Origin: a virus
Lineage: Duplodnaviria; Caudoviricetes
Direction: 5' to 3' (one strand)
Virus record (IMG/VR): IMGVR_UViG_3300032318_002667
Location: 1 to 30,139 of that record
DNA length: 30,139 bases
The position numbers and the translations under genes were made by a program. The notes under the pieces were generated by a model that was given only the letters and a program-made list of their open reading frames with translations, was not told the origin of the DNA and made no database searches. Every line of letters starts with the position of its first letter. Position 1 is the first letter of the stretch. Shown here one piece after another: positions 17,401-27,392 of this stretch.

Positions 17401-17746
17401 TAATGGAGTTACTTCTCTCAATTCAGATGGTTCTGTAGTTGGAGTTGGAAGCACTTTCTTGGACAATATTTACACAGTTTCTGAAGTTTCAATTGGAAGA
17501 ACTTCAGTACCTGGAGTTGGAGTTACATATGTTTCCAAAGTAACTGTAAGTCTTTCTAGTTATAATCGATTAACTGGTATTGGATTTAGTGGATTCTATG
17601 GAGAATACAGTTGGGGATTAATTTCTGTACCAACTAGAATAAATCCAAAGTCATTTGACATTTATAACAATGGTATTCTTGGAATTAGCACATCTCCAAT
17701 TGTAAAAAGATATAATCCACTAAAATACCAAAATTACCTCACATAA
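14429..17746 (+). CDS. virion/baseplate structural protein, probable C-terminal part of a split gp7 (1105 aa)
   Basis: Starts in TAATAATG right after the gp7 stop and shares the same repeat types (NHFFVTGEEVSY, GxGY...PP). Confidence 0.75.
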   Translation: MAFVQSGRGFYEGSFFDVKKSFNLNHKGNPIFERRFDGSSAGIVSTGDDNIYIPNHFFVTGEEVSYTYTDSVSGTINAIGIATTSISGVGVTDKLPKTLYIVKSSDLYVKVAASASEALQSIPKTLDINNVGIETFHKFICKNQNSKVLLTIDNVIQSPIVSTSTTTSTSQEIVVSDSTINFVGINSFFIGDLVKIENEIMKITSVGVGQFTNKISVQRSFMGTVLTSHPLGSLVTKIVGDYNITDNILNFSTAPYGLTPEVKPLDKLFNSPDEQDYVGIATRSKFNGRVFLRSGTPNTGNEPYYNNYIFDDISSGFAGLNTEFTLKSNFSNITGISSGNAIILINDIFQQPSKDNFPADYSLKQNLGITSISFSGFSSSFALYDINTKNITRGGIIVSISSTEGFGYQPLVSAGGTAVVSAAGTISSISIGNSGSGYRVGIQTTVRVGVTTLGIGTVRVQFIGTAAVSNGNIVSIAITNPGIGYTRTNPPLVVFDDPLSYSNIPLIYSSSSVSGFGTQATVDILVGQGSSVIGFELKNLGYDYGDGEILTFETGGRTGIPTNTSLPFKQFKITVNKTFTDKFNGWRFGDLQVIDPIDNLFNGTRINFPIKINKNQVSLQVKKGSNIDLKANLLIFINDIPQVPGQGYFFEGGSIITFSEAPKNGDRCKILFYKGTGEVDVVDVDILETIKVGDIITINSDFPALQEDGRLVAEIISSDVLNTNVYSGPGITTNQNLQRSIEWCRQTEDKIIDGQEVAKDRILYEALIYPSTNLIKSVGITSTVLFVESVKTFFDSKNEFNQKNNKIIIISQDSLVAASATAIVSAAGTISSIIISDGGVGYSTSPKVSIAYPVGYGISVPRTSYTQGDSVPVGLGTIPTFISSISVDGKVSDVSIINAGSGYTSSNPPITIIEPPTPKTEVISNVTYDGDFGVITGIKTTTVGVASTGIVFDFYIPQNSFLRDTVTVGAAITVSGIQTGYYFTVYNSNVGNGVTSLNSDGSVVGVGSTFLDNIYTVSEVSIGRTSVPGVGVTYVSKVTVSLSSYNRLTGIGFSGFYGEYSWGLISVPTRINPKSFDIYNNGILGISTSPIVKRYNPLKYQNYLT

Positions 17747-17749
17747 ATA
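17742..17749 (+). promoter_or_regulatory. late promoter overlapping the upstream stop codon
   Basis: CATAAATA 16 nt before the gp8 ATG. Confidence 0.65.
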
Positions 17750-17765
17750 GATAAAAAACGACAAA

Positions 17766-19325
17766 ATGTCCGCAATTATAACTGATCAATTAAGAATTTT
17801 AAATGCAAAGAGTTTTGTCTCAATGGCAACTTCTTCTAGTACTGCGCTTTATTCTTTTATAGGTCTTCCTAATGCTACTGATTATAATTCAAATTGGAAT
17901 GATACTCCTCCTGCACCAAAAGATTGCTTTGATCAGGAAAATGATTATTGGGATACTATGATTGCTTTAAAAAAAATTAAAGCAGATGATGTAAAGCAAG
18001 TAGTTCGTAAAGTTACCTGGTCTTCAGGAACAACTTATGATATGTATCGCCACGATATTAATAGAACAAATCCATCATTTCCATCAGGAGCACTTAGTTT
18101 ATATTCTGCAAATTATTACTTAGTAAATCAAGATTATAAAGTTTATATTTGTCTTCAAAACGGAACAACACCAGAAAATCCTGGAGGATCACCATCTTTA
18201 GATGAACCAACATTTACTGATTTGGAACCCAAATCAGCAGGAAATTCTGGTGATGGTTATATCTGGAAATATTTGTATACAATTAAACCGAGTGATATTA
18301 TAAAATTTGATTCTATCGATTTTATACCAGTTCCTAAGAATTGGGAGACAAATAGTGATAATGCTTCTGTTAGAATTAATGCCGCACCACCAAATGGACA
18401 ATTAAAAATTGTTACAATTACAAATCGTGGTGCTGGGGTAGGAACAGCTGGTAGAACTTATACAAGAGTTCCTATTAAAGGTGATGGAACTGGTGCTGAA
18501 GCAACAATTGTTATTAATAACGATTCAAAGGTAAGTACAATTACAATATCTAATGGTGGTTCTGGATATACTTATGGAACTGTTGATCTAGTAGGTGGAA
18601 ATGTTCCTTTTACTACAAAACCAACATTTAATGTCATCATTCCACCTCAGGGAGGTCATGGAGCAGATATTTATAGGGAACTTGGTGCATACAATGTTTT
18701 AGTTTATTCTAGAATTGAAAACGATACGCAAAATCCAGACTTCATTATTGGAAATCAAATTGCAAGAGTTGGTTTGGTTCAAAGTCCGCAAGTATATGAT
18801 ACAACTTCTCTTCTTTTAGAGGATAAAGTAAGTTCATTGGCAGCACTAAAATTAACCGGTACTGGATATAATAGTGCAATTTTTAATGCAGATTCAAATA
18901 TCACTCAAACAGTTGGTACTGGAATCACTGCAGTTGGTAGAGTTGTTTCTTATGATAAAAATACTGGAGTTCTTAAATATTGGCAAGATAGAACTTTGGT
19001 TGGATTTGCATTTACTGCAGGAATAGCACAGAATACCTCACCAACTTACGGTTTAGATTTGGTAGGATTTACAACTTCTCCCGGTACAGGTGGAAATTTA
19101 ACAATTAATGGTGGTAACGTAAATCTTACAATTGATACAAATTTTACAGGTCTAACAACCTCTATAAATAATAAGACATATTACCTTGGTCAAACTTTTA
19201 CCAATGGTATTTCTAATCCAGAGGTTAAAAAATATTCTGGTAATATAATATATGTTGATAATAGACCTTCAATTACAAGGTCATCAAATCAAAAAGAAGA
19301 TATTAAAGTCATTTTGCAATTTTAA
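17766..19325 (+). CDS. gp8: baseplate wedge subunit gp8
   Basis: MSAIITDQLRILNA, W.SGTTYDMY, YKVYICLQN, DGYIWKYLYTI and SGNIIYVDNR..I.R...QKEDIKVILQF motifs. Confidence 0.92.
   Translation: MSAIITDQLRILNAKSFVSMATSSSTALYSFIGLPNATDYNSNWNDTPPAPKDCFDQENDYWDTMIALKKIKADDVKQVVRKVTWSSGTTYDMYRHDINRTNPSFPSGALSLYSANYYLVNQDYKVYICLQNGTTPENPGGSPSLDEPTFTDLEPKSAGNSGDGYIWKYLYTIKPSDIIKFDSIDFIPVPKNWETNSDNASVRINAAPPNGQLKIVTITNRGAGVGTAGRTYTRVPIKGDGTGAEATIVINNDSKVSTITISNGGSGYTYGTVDLVGGNVPFTTKPTFNVIIPPQGGHGADIYRELGAYNVLVYSRIENDTQNPDFIIGNQIARVGLVQSPQVYDTTSLLLEDKVSSLAALKLTGTGYNSAIFNADSNITQTVGTGITAVGRVVSYDKNTGVLKYWQDRTLVGFAFTAGIAQNTSPTYGLDLVGFTTSPGTGGNLTINGGNVNLTIDTNFTGLTTSINNKTYYLGQTFTNGISNPEVKKYSGNIIYVDNRPSITRSSNQKEDIKVILQF
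19163..19170 (+). promoter_or_regulatory. internal late promoter candidate for the downstream 2608-aa gene
   Basis: Perfect TATAAATA inside the 3' end of gp8, about 160 nt before ATG 19332. Confidence 0.5.
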
Positions 19326-19331
19326 AGAATC

Positions 19332-22300
19332 ATGCCCCAGGAAACCAATCTTAACGTCTCTCCTTATTTTGACGATTTTGATGCGAATAAAGACTTTTAT
19401 AAAGTTTTATTTAAACCTGGATATCCAGTTCAAGCTAGAGAATTAACTACTCTTCAATCTACTTTACAAAATCAAGTAGAACAATTTGGAAAAAATATTT
19501 TTAAAGAGGGATCTAGAGTTTATGGTGGACAGTTAATCTATAATAATCCAATTTATGCAGTAGAAGTTGAATCTACTTTCAATGGTGCTCCAATCTCATT
19601 ATATTTTGATCAACTATTAAATAAAAAAATTAAAGGTGCAAATAGTGGTGTTACTGCAATAATTGTTTATTTGCTAAAAGATACTGATTCGGAAAGAGGA
19701 AATTATACACTTTATATAAATTACCAACAAAGCGGTGGCGACGATTTTCAAAATAAAGTTTTTCAGGATGGGGAAACTTTATTAGTTGATACTAATCCAG
19801 TATCATATGGTAATTTTACTATTCAAGTCGGTCAAGGAATATGTAATACTATTGCAACCAATTCAACTTCACAATCTTCTTTAGTAAAAGTTGCCAGTGG
19901 TACTTATTTTGTAAGAGGAATATTTGCAAATGTTCCTGAGCAAATAATCATTCTTGATCAATATTCAACATCACCTTCTTATAGAATTGGTTTTAATATT
20001 ATTGAAAAAATTGTAACATCAGATGAAGACGAAAGTTTATTTGACAATGCACAAGGATTTTCAAATTATACCGCGCCGGGAGCAGATAGGTTTAAATTAA
20101 TTTTAGAATTAACCAAGAAAACACTTGAAGACAACCAAACTGACAGTTTTGTTGAAATTTTAAGAGTAGATGGTGGAGTTCCTCAATTTTTCGATGCTGA
20201 TCCACAATATAACTTAGTTAGAGATTATTTGGCAAGAAGAACATATGAAGAGGCGGGAGATTTTTATGTTAAACCATTTAGTCTCTTTGTAAAAGATAGT
20301 CTTAATGATAGAATTTTGCATAGTGGAGTATATTTTGACAATCAGACTACAATAAATGGAAATACCCCATCTGAAGATATGATGGTGTATCAAATTGGAC
20401 CAGGAAAAGCATATGTAAACGGATATGATGTAGAAACAGTATCTTCAAGATTATTAGATGTAAAAAAACCAAGAGATACAGGTTCTATTAAAAATCAAGT
20501 AGTTAGATATAATGCTGGCATTTTATGCGTAGTTAATAATGCATATGGATCTGTTCCAATAGGATTAGGAACAGATACTACCGTCAAATTGATGAGTGAT
20601 AGAGTTGGTCAAGCAGGTACATCACATGTTTCATCAGGAACTGAAATTGGTGTAGCAAGAGTTTATGATTTTATTCCAGAACAAGGATATGTTGATACAA
20701 ATAGTAAAATTGATTTAAGACTATTTGATATTCAAACATATACCACAATTGGACTGACGGTTCCGATCACGCAAACTACACCTGCACTTATTAAAGGTAA
20801 AAGGAGTAATGCAACTGGATATTTAAAATCTAACGCATCTTCATCAAATTCTTTAACACTATATCAAGTATCTGGCAAGTTTTTGCAAAATGAACCAATT
20901 ACAATCAATGGAATTGATGACGGTAGGTTGATTAATTCTGTTAGAGATTATTCACTTTCCGACGTTAAATCAATATTTTCTTCAGGATCTATTGGAATAA
21001 CCACATTTAATGCAGATTTAGTTTTAGATAGATCTTCTTTAATTGCTTCTCAAGGTGTACAATTTAGTATTAGTTCTGGTACATCTGGAATTAGTACAGT
21101 AACTGCAGGTATTGGTACAAATTTTGCAACTATTTTGAATGTCGGTGATATTATTTCTTACGCAAATCCAATTACTGGTCAAGATATTGTTTATAATAGA
21201 GTTAATAGTATAAGTGCAGGTTCTACTAATTTTACAATTACTGCTATACCATCTGTTTCAAAAATTTGTTCTGGCAATTTGCCTTTAAGTGATTTTAGAG
21301 TTCCTAATATAGTTAGAATTTCTTCAACTTTCTCTTCTAGAGATTCTTCATTACTCACTCGTTTAAATAAAAGCAATGTATCTTCTTTAAGTTTAGAAGG
21401 TAATGAAATTTTTCAAAGAAGATCTTATAAAATTGCATTTTCTTCAGGTAGTCTAAGAGTTCCTGCTTCAGGAACTCTTGAGCCAGACTTGTTTTTTGAT
21501 GATTTTGAATTTAATAATATTTTAATTACATACAGTGATGGTACAGCTGAACCATTAACATTTGATCAATATGATAATGGATTAGGAAATGTACTCATAA
21601 TTAATGGATTATCAAAAACAAGTGGAACAGCAGATGTAATTGCAACAATTAAGAATGTAAAACCAAATTCTAAAGTAAAAAAATTAAACAAAGCAAATAC
21701 TTTAGTTGTTAAGTATTCAAAATTAGCATCTTCTGGTATTGGAACTACAACATTGAATGATGGATTAACATATTCTCAAGTTTATGGCACAAGAATTCAA
21801 GATCAAGAAATTTGTTTAAATATTCCAGATGTTATAAGAGTTCTTGCTGTTTATGAATCTTCAGGAATTTCTGATCCAAAACTACCAATATTGCAATTAA
21901 TTTTATTTACAGGACCATCAAATAATAACAACGATTTTATAATTGGCGAACAAATAATTGGACAAACTTCAGGCGCAGTTGCATTGGTTATCAATAAAGT
22001 AGATACAAATGGAAATCCAGACAGTTTAGAATATGTTTATTTGAATAGCTTCGAATTTTTTGAAGGGGAAGTTATAAAAGGAAAAGATTCTATAAATCAA
22101 GCACAAATATCTTCAAAAACTATCGGTGATAAAAATATCACACAGAATTTCTTCTTAGATGAAGGTTATAGAGATACAATCTATGATTATTCTAGACTTG
22201 TTAGAAGAAGTAATGTTATGGAACCCACAAAGAAATTAAAAGTAGTATTCCAAAATTATACAATTGATGCTACAGATACTGGAGAGTTCATTAGTGCAAA

Positions 22301-25300
22301 TAGTTACCCTGTTGATGGATTTAAAAATGATGTTCCTTTGTATAAAAATTCAAGACTTACTGATTATATTGATATAAGACCTAGAGTTGCCCCATATACA
22401 CTTTCCACAAAATCTCCATTTGAATTTGGTGCAAGAAATTTTGCAAATGATGGGCAATACTCAAAATATATTATTGCACCAGGAAAATCTATTATCGCAT
22501 CTTACTCCTATTATCTTTCAAGAATTGATAGAGTTTTCTTAAATCAAGATGGTACATTTGAAGTTTCGCATGGATTTCCTGCAGAAACACCATCACCACC
22601 TGCATCCAAATCAAATGTATTAGAAATTGCTACTATCTATATTCCTCCTTATGTTTATGATGTAAAAAATATTAGTGTTGATATGTCTGAGCATAAGAGA
22701 TATCGTATGTCAGATATTTCTTTACTTGAGTCTAGAATCGAAAGAGTTGAAAAGTTTACAACTCTTTCAATGCTTGAGAGTAAAACAGAAAATTTTACAA
22801 TTAAAGATGCTGCTACTGGACTTGATAGATTTAAATGTGGATTCTTTGTAGATAACTTCACTACACATCAATATCACGATTTTCAAAATCCATATTTTAG
22901 GGCGGCAATTGATAGTGATGCGCAAACACTGAGACCTTTAAATTATACGACTTCTATAGATCTTCAATTGGGATCAGAAGCAATTCTTGGAATTGGACAA
23001 AATTATGATCCAAATGCAGATCTTAGTTATATAAATGATCTTGGATCTTTAAACATTCGCAAAACCGGAGATTTAATTACTCTTAATTATAATGAAATTA
23101 AATATTTTGAACAACCTTATGCCACAACAACTGAATTTGTAACTCCATTTTTGGTAAAATATTGGGCAGGTTCAATTGTACTTAATCCACCTATTGATAG
23201 TTGGATTGATGAAAGAGCAATTACAACTACAAGTTTTAATGAAATTAAAGTTAACGAGGCTCGTGCAGATATAAACAACACAGTTACAAATAATATAGTT
23301 GAAAATAAAGTAGTTTTTACAAATAACGCAAACCCAAATGGCGGAATTGAACCTTTTGATTGGGCAAGAGTTAATGCGATTATACAGAATGTTGATACTT
23401 CAAAATTATCAGGATTTGTGCCTTGGGGTAACACACAACCTTCATTGAGAGGACCAGCAGTAACAAAAGGCGGTCTTGTCGGTGCAGCAGGTCAAAGGAG
23501 AAATACTTCTGGAATTTTGAATGGAAATACTATTCACTTGGAAGTTTGGAAACAATTTGTAACTCAAGCAGATTATGATTTTATTAATCAACTTCTTCCT
23601 CCCGATGTTGCAGCACAATTTATAACACAAATAAAATCTAATACTGGAGATCTTCAAGTAGGAATTGATTGGAGTCCAGAAGGTGGTGGTGCATTAACAA
23701 CAACGAAAACAACAAATGAAACAACTACTCAACAAACATCAAACACTACAACTATTGTTATACCCCCAAAAGTAACTATTAGTGACTCCACTTCACAATC
23801 AATTTCAAATTATACTCAACCAGTAAGATATTTAAGAAGTAGAAATATTGAATTTGATGTTAAAGGTTTAAGACCTGTAACAAAATTTTATCCTTTCTTC
23901 CAAGCAATTGATGTTGGCAATTATTTTATTCCAAAACTTCTTGAAATTAAGATGATTTCGGGTAAGTTTCAAATTGGAGAAACTGTAGAGAGTGATCCCA
24001 ACTTTACATCCAGAAAAATAAGATTTAGAGTTTGTACACCAAATCATAAAACTGGTTCATATAACAATCCAATAGAAATTTTTAAATTAATTCCATACAA
24101 CCAACAGGCACCACAATCAAGTTATAGTGAATCTTCAACATTCTTAAATGTTGATACAAGAGCACTTCAATTGCCTTCAGAAGTTGAATATTTTGGATCA
24201 ATTGCTCCTAATATGAAACTTATTGGAAAAACTTCAGGTGCTGTCGCAACAATTTCAAATATTCGTTTAATTTCTGATAGTAGTGGAAGATTAATTGGTT
24301 CTTTATTTGTTCCAGATCCAAACATAATCGGAAATCCAAAATGGACTAATGGAGAAAATACTTTTACAGTTATTGATAGCCCAACACTAACTCCTGTAGT
24401 TCAGCAAAGAGAGGCTATTGTAAATAATTTAGTTTCAGAAAGTTCAGCACAAGCAGATTTTACTTCTTCTGGTGTTAGAAATGTTACAGAAACAAACCTC
24501 TTAACAACAAGAAATATTACAACTATTTCTGGGTATAATATAAACACAAATACTATTACAAATACAACTACAAATACAACTACAAATGCAACTAATACAA
24601 TTGATGCTGCAGCGCAACAAGTAAAAATATGGGAAGTTCGTGATCCTCTTGCACAATCTTTCTTTGTTAAAGAAGATACTGGAGTTTTCTTAACTTCTGT
24701 TGATATATTTTTTGAATCAAAGGATGATAGCATTCCAGTCACACTCCAAATTCGTCCAATGATTAATGGATATCCAAGTAATATTGTTGTTCCATTTTCT
24801 GAAGTTACTTTAACACCAGATGAAATTAATATTTCTGCAGATTCTTCAATTCCTACAAGAATTACTTTCCCATCACCAGTTTATCTGAGCGGTCCAAGGC
24901 AACAAGAAATCAGGCAAGCGCCTATTGGAAGTCAACAAACTTCAGAATTTGCAATAGTATTATTATCTGATAGTTCAAACTATAAAGTGTTTATTTCAGT
25001 TCTTGGGCAAAATGATATTCTAACAGGAATAAAAATATCAGCACAACCAACTTTAGGAAGCCTCTTTAAATCGCAAAATGGATCTACTTGGTCTGCTGCT
25101 CAGTTGGAAGATTTGAAATATAGACTTTACAGAGCAGATTTTGTAAATGAAGGTCTTGTTAGATTTTTTAACCCAAAACTTGGATTAAAAAATAACCAAA
25201 TTAATGTAACCTCTGCAAATAATTTACTTCCACTATCAAAAAATATTCTAGTTGGACTTGGTTCTACTGGATATGATGTTACTAATGTTGTTCCTGGAGT

Positions 25301-27158
25301 AGACATTTCTCAAGGATCTGCAACAGGAATTCTTGCAGGAATTGCTGGCAGTATTACTGTTGGTTCTGGAGTATCAATTGCAAATGCTGGTATTGGATAT
25401 ACTGCAGGAACTTTTACTGGCGTTAATTTAATTACTGAAACTGGATATGGTGAAGGCGCAACTGCAACAGTTGGTGTTGCTATAACCGGCGCCGGAATTA
25501 ATTCAGTAACTATTGTTAATGGTGGAATTGGATATCAGGAAGGTGATTCTCTACTTATTCCTTCTATTGGAAAAAATGTTGGATTTGGTGGAAGAGTGGT
25601 AGTAAAAAATATTAATTCTAAAAATTCCTTTGTAATTTCAAATGTACAAGGAACATTTTCTTCCGGAATTGCAACTTTAAGTTATACTAATTCTTCAGGA
25701 ATTGTAACTAATGTAGGACCTGGAGTTACTGTTTCTTCTGTTACTGACGATCAATATAATGATGGATTGCATATGAAGATTTACAATCAAAATCATGGAA
25801 TGCACTCTTCAGTAAATTATGTAAAAATAAGTGAAATGAGACCTATGAATACTGATACAAATTCAAAACTCTCTACCGATTTATCCAGAGATGAATTAAC
25901 AAATATTCCTCTATTATCTTCATCTGGATTTGATAAATTTGAAGGTGTTGAAGTAAGTGGAGCAAATCCGGGATATGTCATCATTGGTAATGAAGTTATT
26001 CAATATACTGGAGTTTCTGGAAATAATCTTACAACTTTAACAAGACCTATTGACGGTACTCCATCACAATCATATAATTCTGGAACATATGTATACAAAT
26101 ATGAGTTTAATGGAATTTCTTTAAGAAGATTCAATAAAACACACAATTTGACTGAAGTTGATACTGCTAATCATCCAACAGATATTGATTCTTTCTTCAT
26201 CAAGATAGATACTTCTGATACAGATTTTGATAATGTTGTAATTGGAGCAAACAGACCTGACTTATATTTTAAAGAAACTATGCAAACAGGACAGTCTGGA
26301 ACAATAATTAGTAATAATATTCAATTTGAAGAAATTACTCCAAACGTTTCTTACATTATTCCAGCAAAAACCAATCTTACTGCAAAGATAAGAACTTTTA
26401 CAGGAACAAGTGTTGGTAGCGATTCGGTAACTCAACCATCATTTGTTGACGATGGATTTGAAGATCTTAGATTATCAGAAACCAGTTACTTTTCTCATCC
26501 AAAACTTATTTGTTCTGATGTAAATGAAACAAGATTAATTAAAAATTCTCCTGGAAATAGATCATTAACTATGCAATTCTTTATGACTACAGATGACAGT
26601 AGAGTTTCGCCTGTAATTGATACAATTAAGGTTTCTGCTATTGTATCATCAAATATCATCAACAATCCTGTAGGAATCTTGACAGCATCAAGTTATGCAT
26701 TTGACGATAACACAAGAAGTCTTTATGATGATAAGCACTCCACAATTTATCTATCAAAACCTGTTAGATTAGCAGTTCCAGCAAACTCTCTAAAAGTTCT
26801 CCTATCTGCAAGTAGGAATGACACTAATGATATTAGAGTTCTTTATCAATTATTTAGAAATGATTCACCATCTTCTTCAAAAAATTATGAATTTTTCCCA
26901 GGATATTCAAATTATCAAACTGATGGAAATGGAATTAAACAAGTGCTTGATGAATCTTTAAATGATGGTTCTGCTGATTTTTTCACTCAACAAACTTCAA
27001 ATAGATCTTTCAGAGATTATGAATATAGTGTCGATGAACTTCCAGATTTTAATGGATTTGTAATCAAAATTGTAATGGCAGGACAAAATCAGGCAACTCC
27101 TCCTATTGTTTCTCAACTTAGAGCAATTGCCACAATTAAACCTAAAACATTTAGTTAA
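19332..27158 (+). CDS. large virion structural protein, DUF4815/VrlC-like (2608 aa)
   Basis: N-terminus MPQETNLNVSPYFDDFD..LFKPGYPVQARELTTLQS, plus APGADR, KRYRMSDI..LE.RI, GFFVDNF and DPLAQSFFV motifs; position after gp8. Confidence 0.85.
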   Translation: MPQETNLNVSPYFDDFDANKDFYKVLFKPGYPVQARELTTLQSTLQNQVEQFGKNIFKEGSRVYGGQLIYNNPIYAVEVESTFNGAPISLYFDQLLNKKIKGANSGVTAIIVYLLKDTDSERGNYTLYINYQQSGGDDFQNKVFQDGETLLVDTNPVSYGNFTIQVGQGICNTIATNSTSQSSLVKVASGTYFVRGIFANVPEQIIILDQYSTSPSYRIGFNIIEKIVTSDEDESLFDNAQGFSNYTAPGADRFKLILELTKKTLEDNQTDSFVEILRVDGGVPQFFDADPQYNLVRDYLARRTYEEAGDFYVKPFSLFVKDSLNDRILHSGVYFDNQTTINGNTPSEDMMVYQIGPGKAYVNGYDVETVSSRLLDVKKPRDTGSIKNQVVRYNAGILCVVNNAYGSVPIGLGTDTTVKLMSDRVGQAGTSHVSSGTEIGVARVYDFIPEQGYVDTNSKIDLRLFDIQTYTTIGLTVPITQTTPALIKGKRSNATGYLKSNASSSNSLTLYQVSGKFLQNEPITINGIDDGRLINSVRDYSLSDVKSIFSSGSIGITTFNADLVLDRSSLIASQGVQFSISSGTSGISTVTAGIGTNFATILNVGDIISYANPITGQDIVYNRVNSISAGSTNFTITAIPSVSKICSGNLPLSDFRVPNIVRISSTFSSRDSSLLTRLNKSNVSSLSLEGNEIFQRRSYKIAFSSGSLRVPASGTLEPDLFFDDFEFNNILITYSDGTAEPLTFDQYDNGLGNVLIINGLSKTSGTADVIATIKNVKPNSKVKKLNKANTLVVKYSKLASSGIGTTTLNDGLTYSQVYGTRIQDQEICLNIPDVIRVLAVYESSGISDPKLPILQLILFTGPSNNNNDFIIGEQIIGQTSGAVALVINKVDTNGNPDSLEYVYLNSFEFFEGEVIKGKDSINQAQISSKTIGDKNITQNFFLDEGYRDTIYDYSRLVRRSNVMEPTKKLKVVFQNYTIDATDTGEFISANSYPVDGFKNDVPLYKNSRLTDYIDIRPRVAPYTLSTKSPFEFGARNFANDGQYSKYIIAPGKSIIASYSYYLSRIDRVFLNQDGTFEVSHGFPAETPSPPASKSNVLEIATIYIPPYVYDVKNISVDMSEHKRYRMSDISLLESRIERVEKFTTLSMLESKTENFTIKDAATGLDRFKCGFFVDNFTTHQYHDFQNPYFRAAIDSDAQTLRPLNYTTSIDLQLGSEAILGIGQNYDPNADLSYINDLGSLNIRKTGDLITLNYNEIKYFEQPYATTTEFVTPFLVKYWAGSIVLNPPIDSWIDERAITTTSFNEIKVNEARADINNTVTNNIVENKVVFTNNANPNGGIEPFDWARVNAIIQNVDTSKLSGFVPWGNTQPSLRGPAVTKGGLVGAAGQRRNTSGILNGNTIHLEVWKQFVTQADYDFINQLLPPDVAAQFITQIKSNTGDLQVGIDWSPEGGGALTTTKTTNETTTQQTSNTTTIVIPPKVTISDSTSQSISNYTQPVRYLRSRNIEFDVKGLRPVTKFYPFFQAIDVGNYFIPKLLEIKMISGKFQIGETVESDPNFTSRKIRFRVCTPNHKTGSYNNPIEIFKLIPYNQQAPQSSYSESSTFLNVDTRALQLPSEVEYFGSIAPNMKLIGKTSGAVATISNIRLISDSSGRLIGSLFVPDPNIIGNPKWTNGENTFTVIDSPTLTPVVQQREAIVNNLVSESSAQADFTSSGVRNVTETNLLTTRNITTISGYNINTNTITNTTTNTTTNATNTIDAAAQQVKIWEVRDPLAQSFFVKEDTGVFLTSVDIFFESKDDSIPVTLQIRPMINGYPSNIVVPFSEVTLTPDEINISADSSIPTRITFPSPVYLSGPRQQEIRQAPIGSQQTSEFAIVLLSDSSNYKVFISVLGQNDILTGIKISAQPTLGSLFKSQNGSTWSAAQLEDLKYRLYRADFVNEGLVRFFNPKLGLKNNQINVTSANNLLPLSKNILVGLGSTGYDVTNVVPGVDISQGSATGILAGIAGSITVGSGVSIANAGIGYTAGTFTGVNLITETGYGEGATATVGVAITGAGINSVTIVNGGIGYQEGDSLLIPSIGKNVGFGGRVVVKNINSKNSFVISNVQGTFSSGIATLSYTNSSGIVTNVGPGVTVSSVTDDQYNDGLHMKIYNQNHGMHSSVNYVKISEMRPMNTDTNSKLSTDLSRDELTNIPLLSSSGFDKFEGVEVSGANPGYVIIGNEVIQYTGVSGNNLTTLTRPIDGTPSQSYNSGTYVYKYEFNGISLRRFNKTHNLTEVDTANHPTDIDSFFIKIDTSDTDFDNVVIGANRPDLYFKETMQTGQSGTIISNNIQFEEITPNVSYIIPAKTNLTAKIRTFTGTSVGSDSVTQPSFVDDGFEDLRLSETSYFSHPKLICSDVNETRLIKNSPGNRSLTMQFFMTTDDSRVSPVIDTIKVSAIVSSNIINNPVGILTASSYAFDDNTRSLYDDKHSTIYLSKPVRLAVPANSLKVLLSASRNDTNDIRVLYQLFRNDSPSSSKNYEFFPGYSNYQTDGNGIKQVLDESLNDGSADFFTQQTSNRSFRDYEYSVDELPDFNGFVIKIVMAGQNQATPPIVSQLRAIATIKPKTFS
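24546..24593 (+). repeat. 12-bp in-frame tandem repeat, 4 copies
   Basis: ACAAATACTATT ACAAATACAACT ACAAATACAACT ACAAATGCAACT encodes TNTI-TNTT-TNTT-TNAT. Confidence 0.85.
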
Positions 27159-27164
27159 TTAATT

Positions 27165-27392
27165 ATGGATTATATAAAAGTAAAAGATAAAGATCATCTT
27201 GTTCGCGATTCTTATTCAAATGCAATAGTAAATGTTGATATGAATTCTTATAATGCTTATGTCGAAAATTACAAACAAAGATATAATGAAACTCAAAGAA
27301 TTAAAAATCTTGAGGGCGATGTAAGTGAAATGAAAAATAATTTAAATGAAATTAAAGATTTACTTAGGAGTTTAGTGAATGGATCCAACTAG
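27165..27392 (+). CDS. conserved small phage protein with C-terminal coiled coil, 75 aa
   Basis: KV....LVRD..SNAIVN motif and heptad pattern (IKNLEGDVSEMKNNLNEIKDLL); lies between the large virion gene and gp13. Confidence 0.8.
   Translation: MDYIKVKDKDHLVRDSYSNAIVNVDMNSYNAYVENYKQRYNETQRIKNLEGDVSEMKNNLNEIKDLLRSLVNGSN

Noticed and set aside
5661-27158. Inteins, introns or stop-codon recoding as the reason for giant or split ORFs
   Set aside because: I saw no intein splice or homing-endonuclease motifs. Long ORFs are open in the standard code, and the gp7 split changes frame, so read-through cannot join it.
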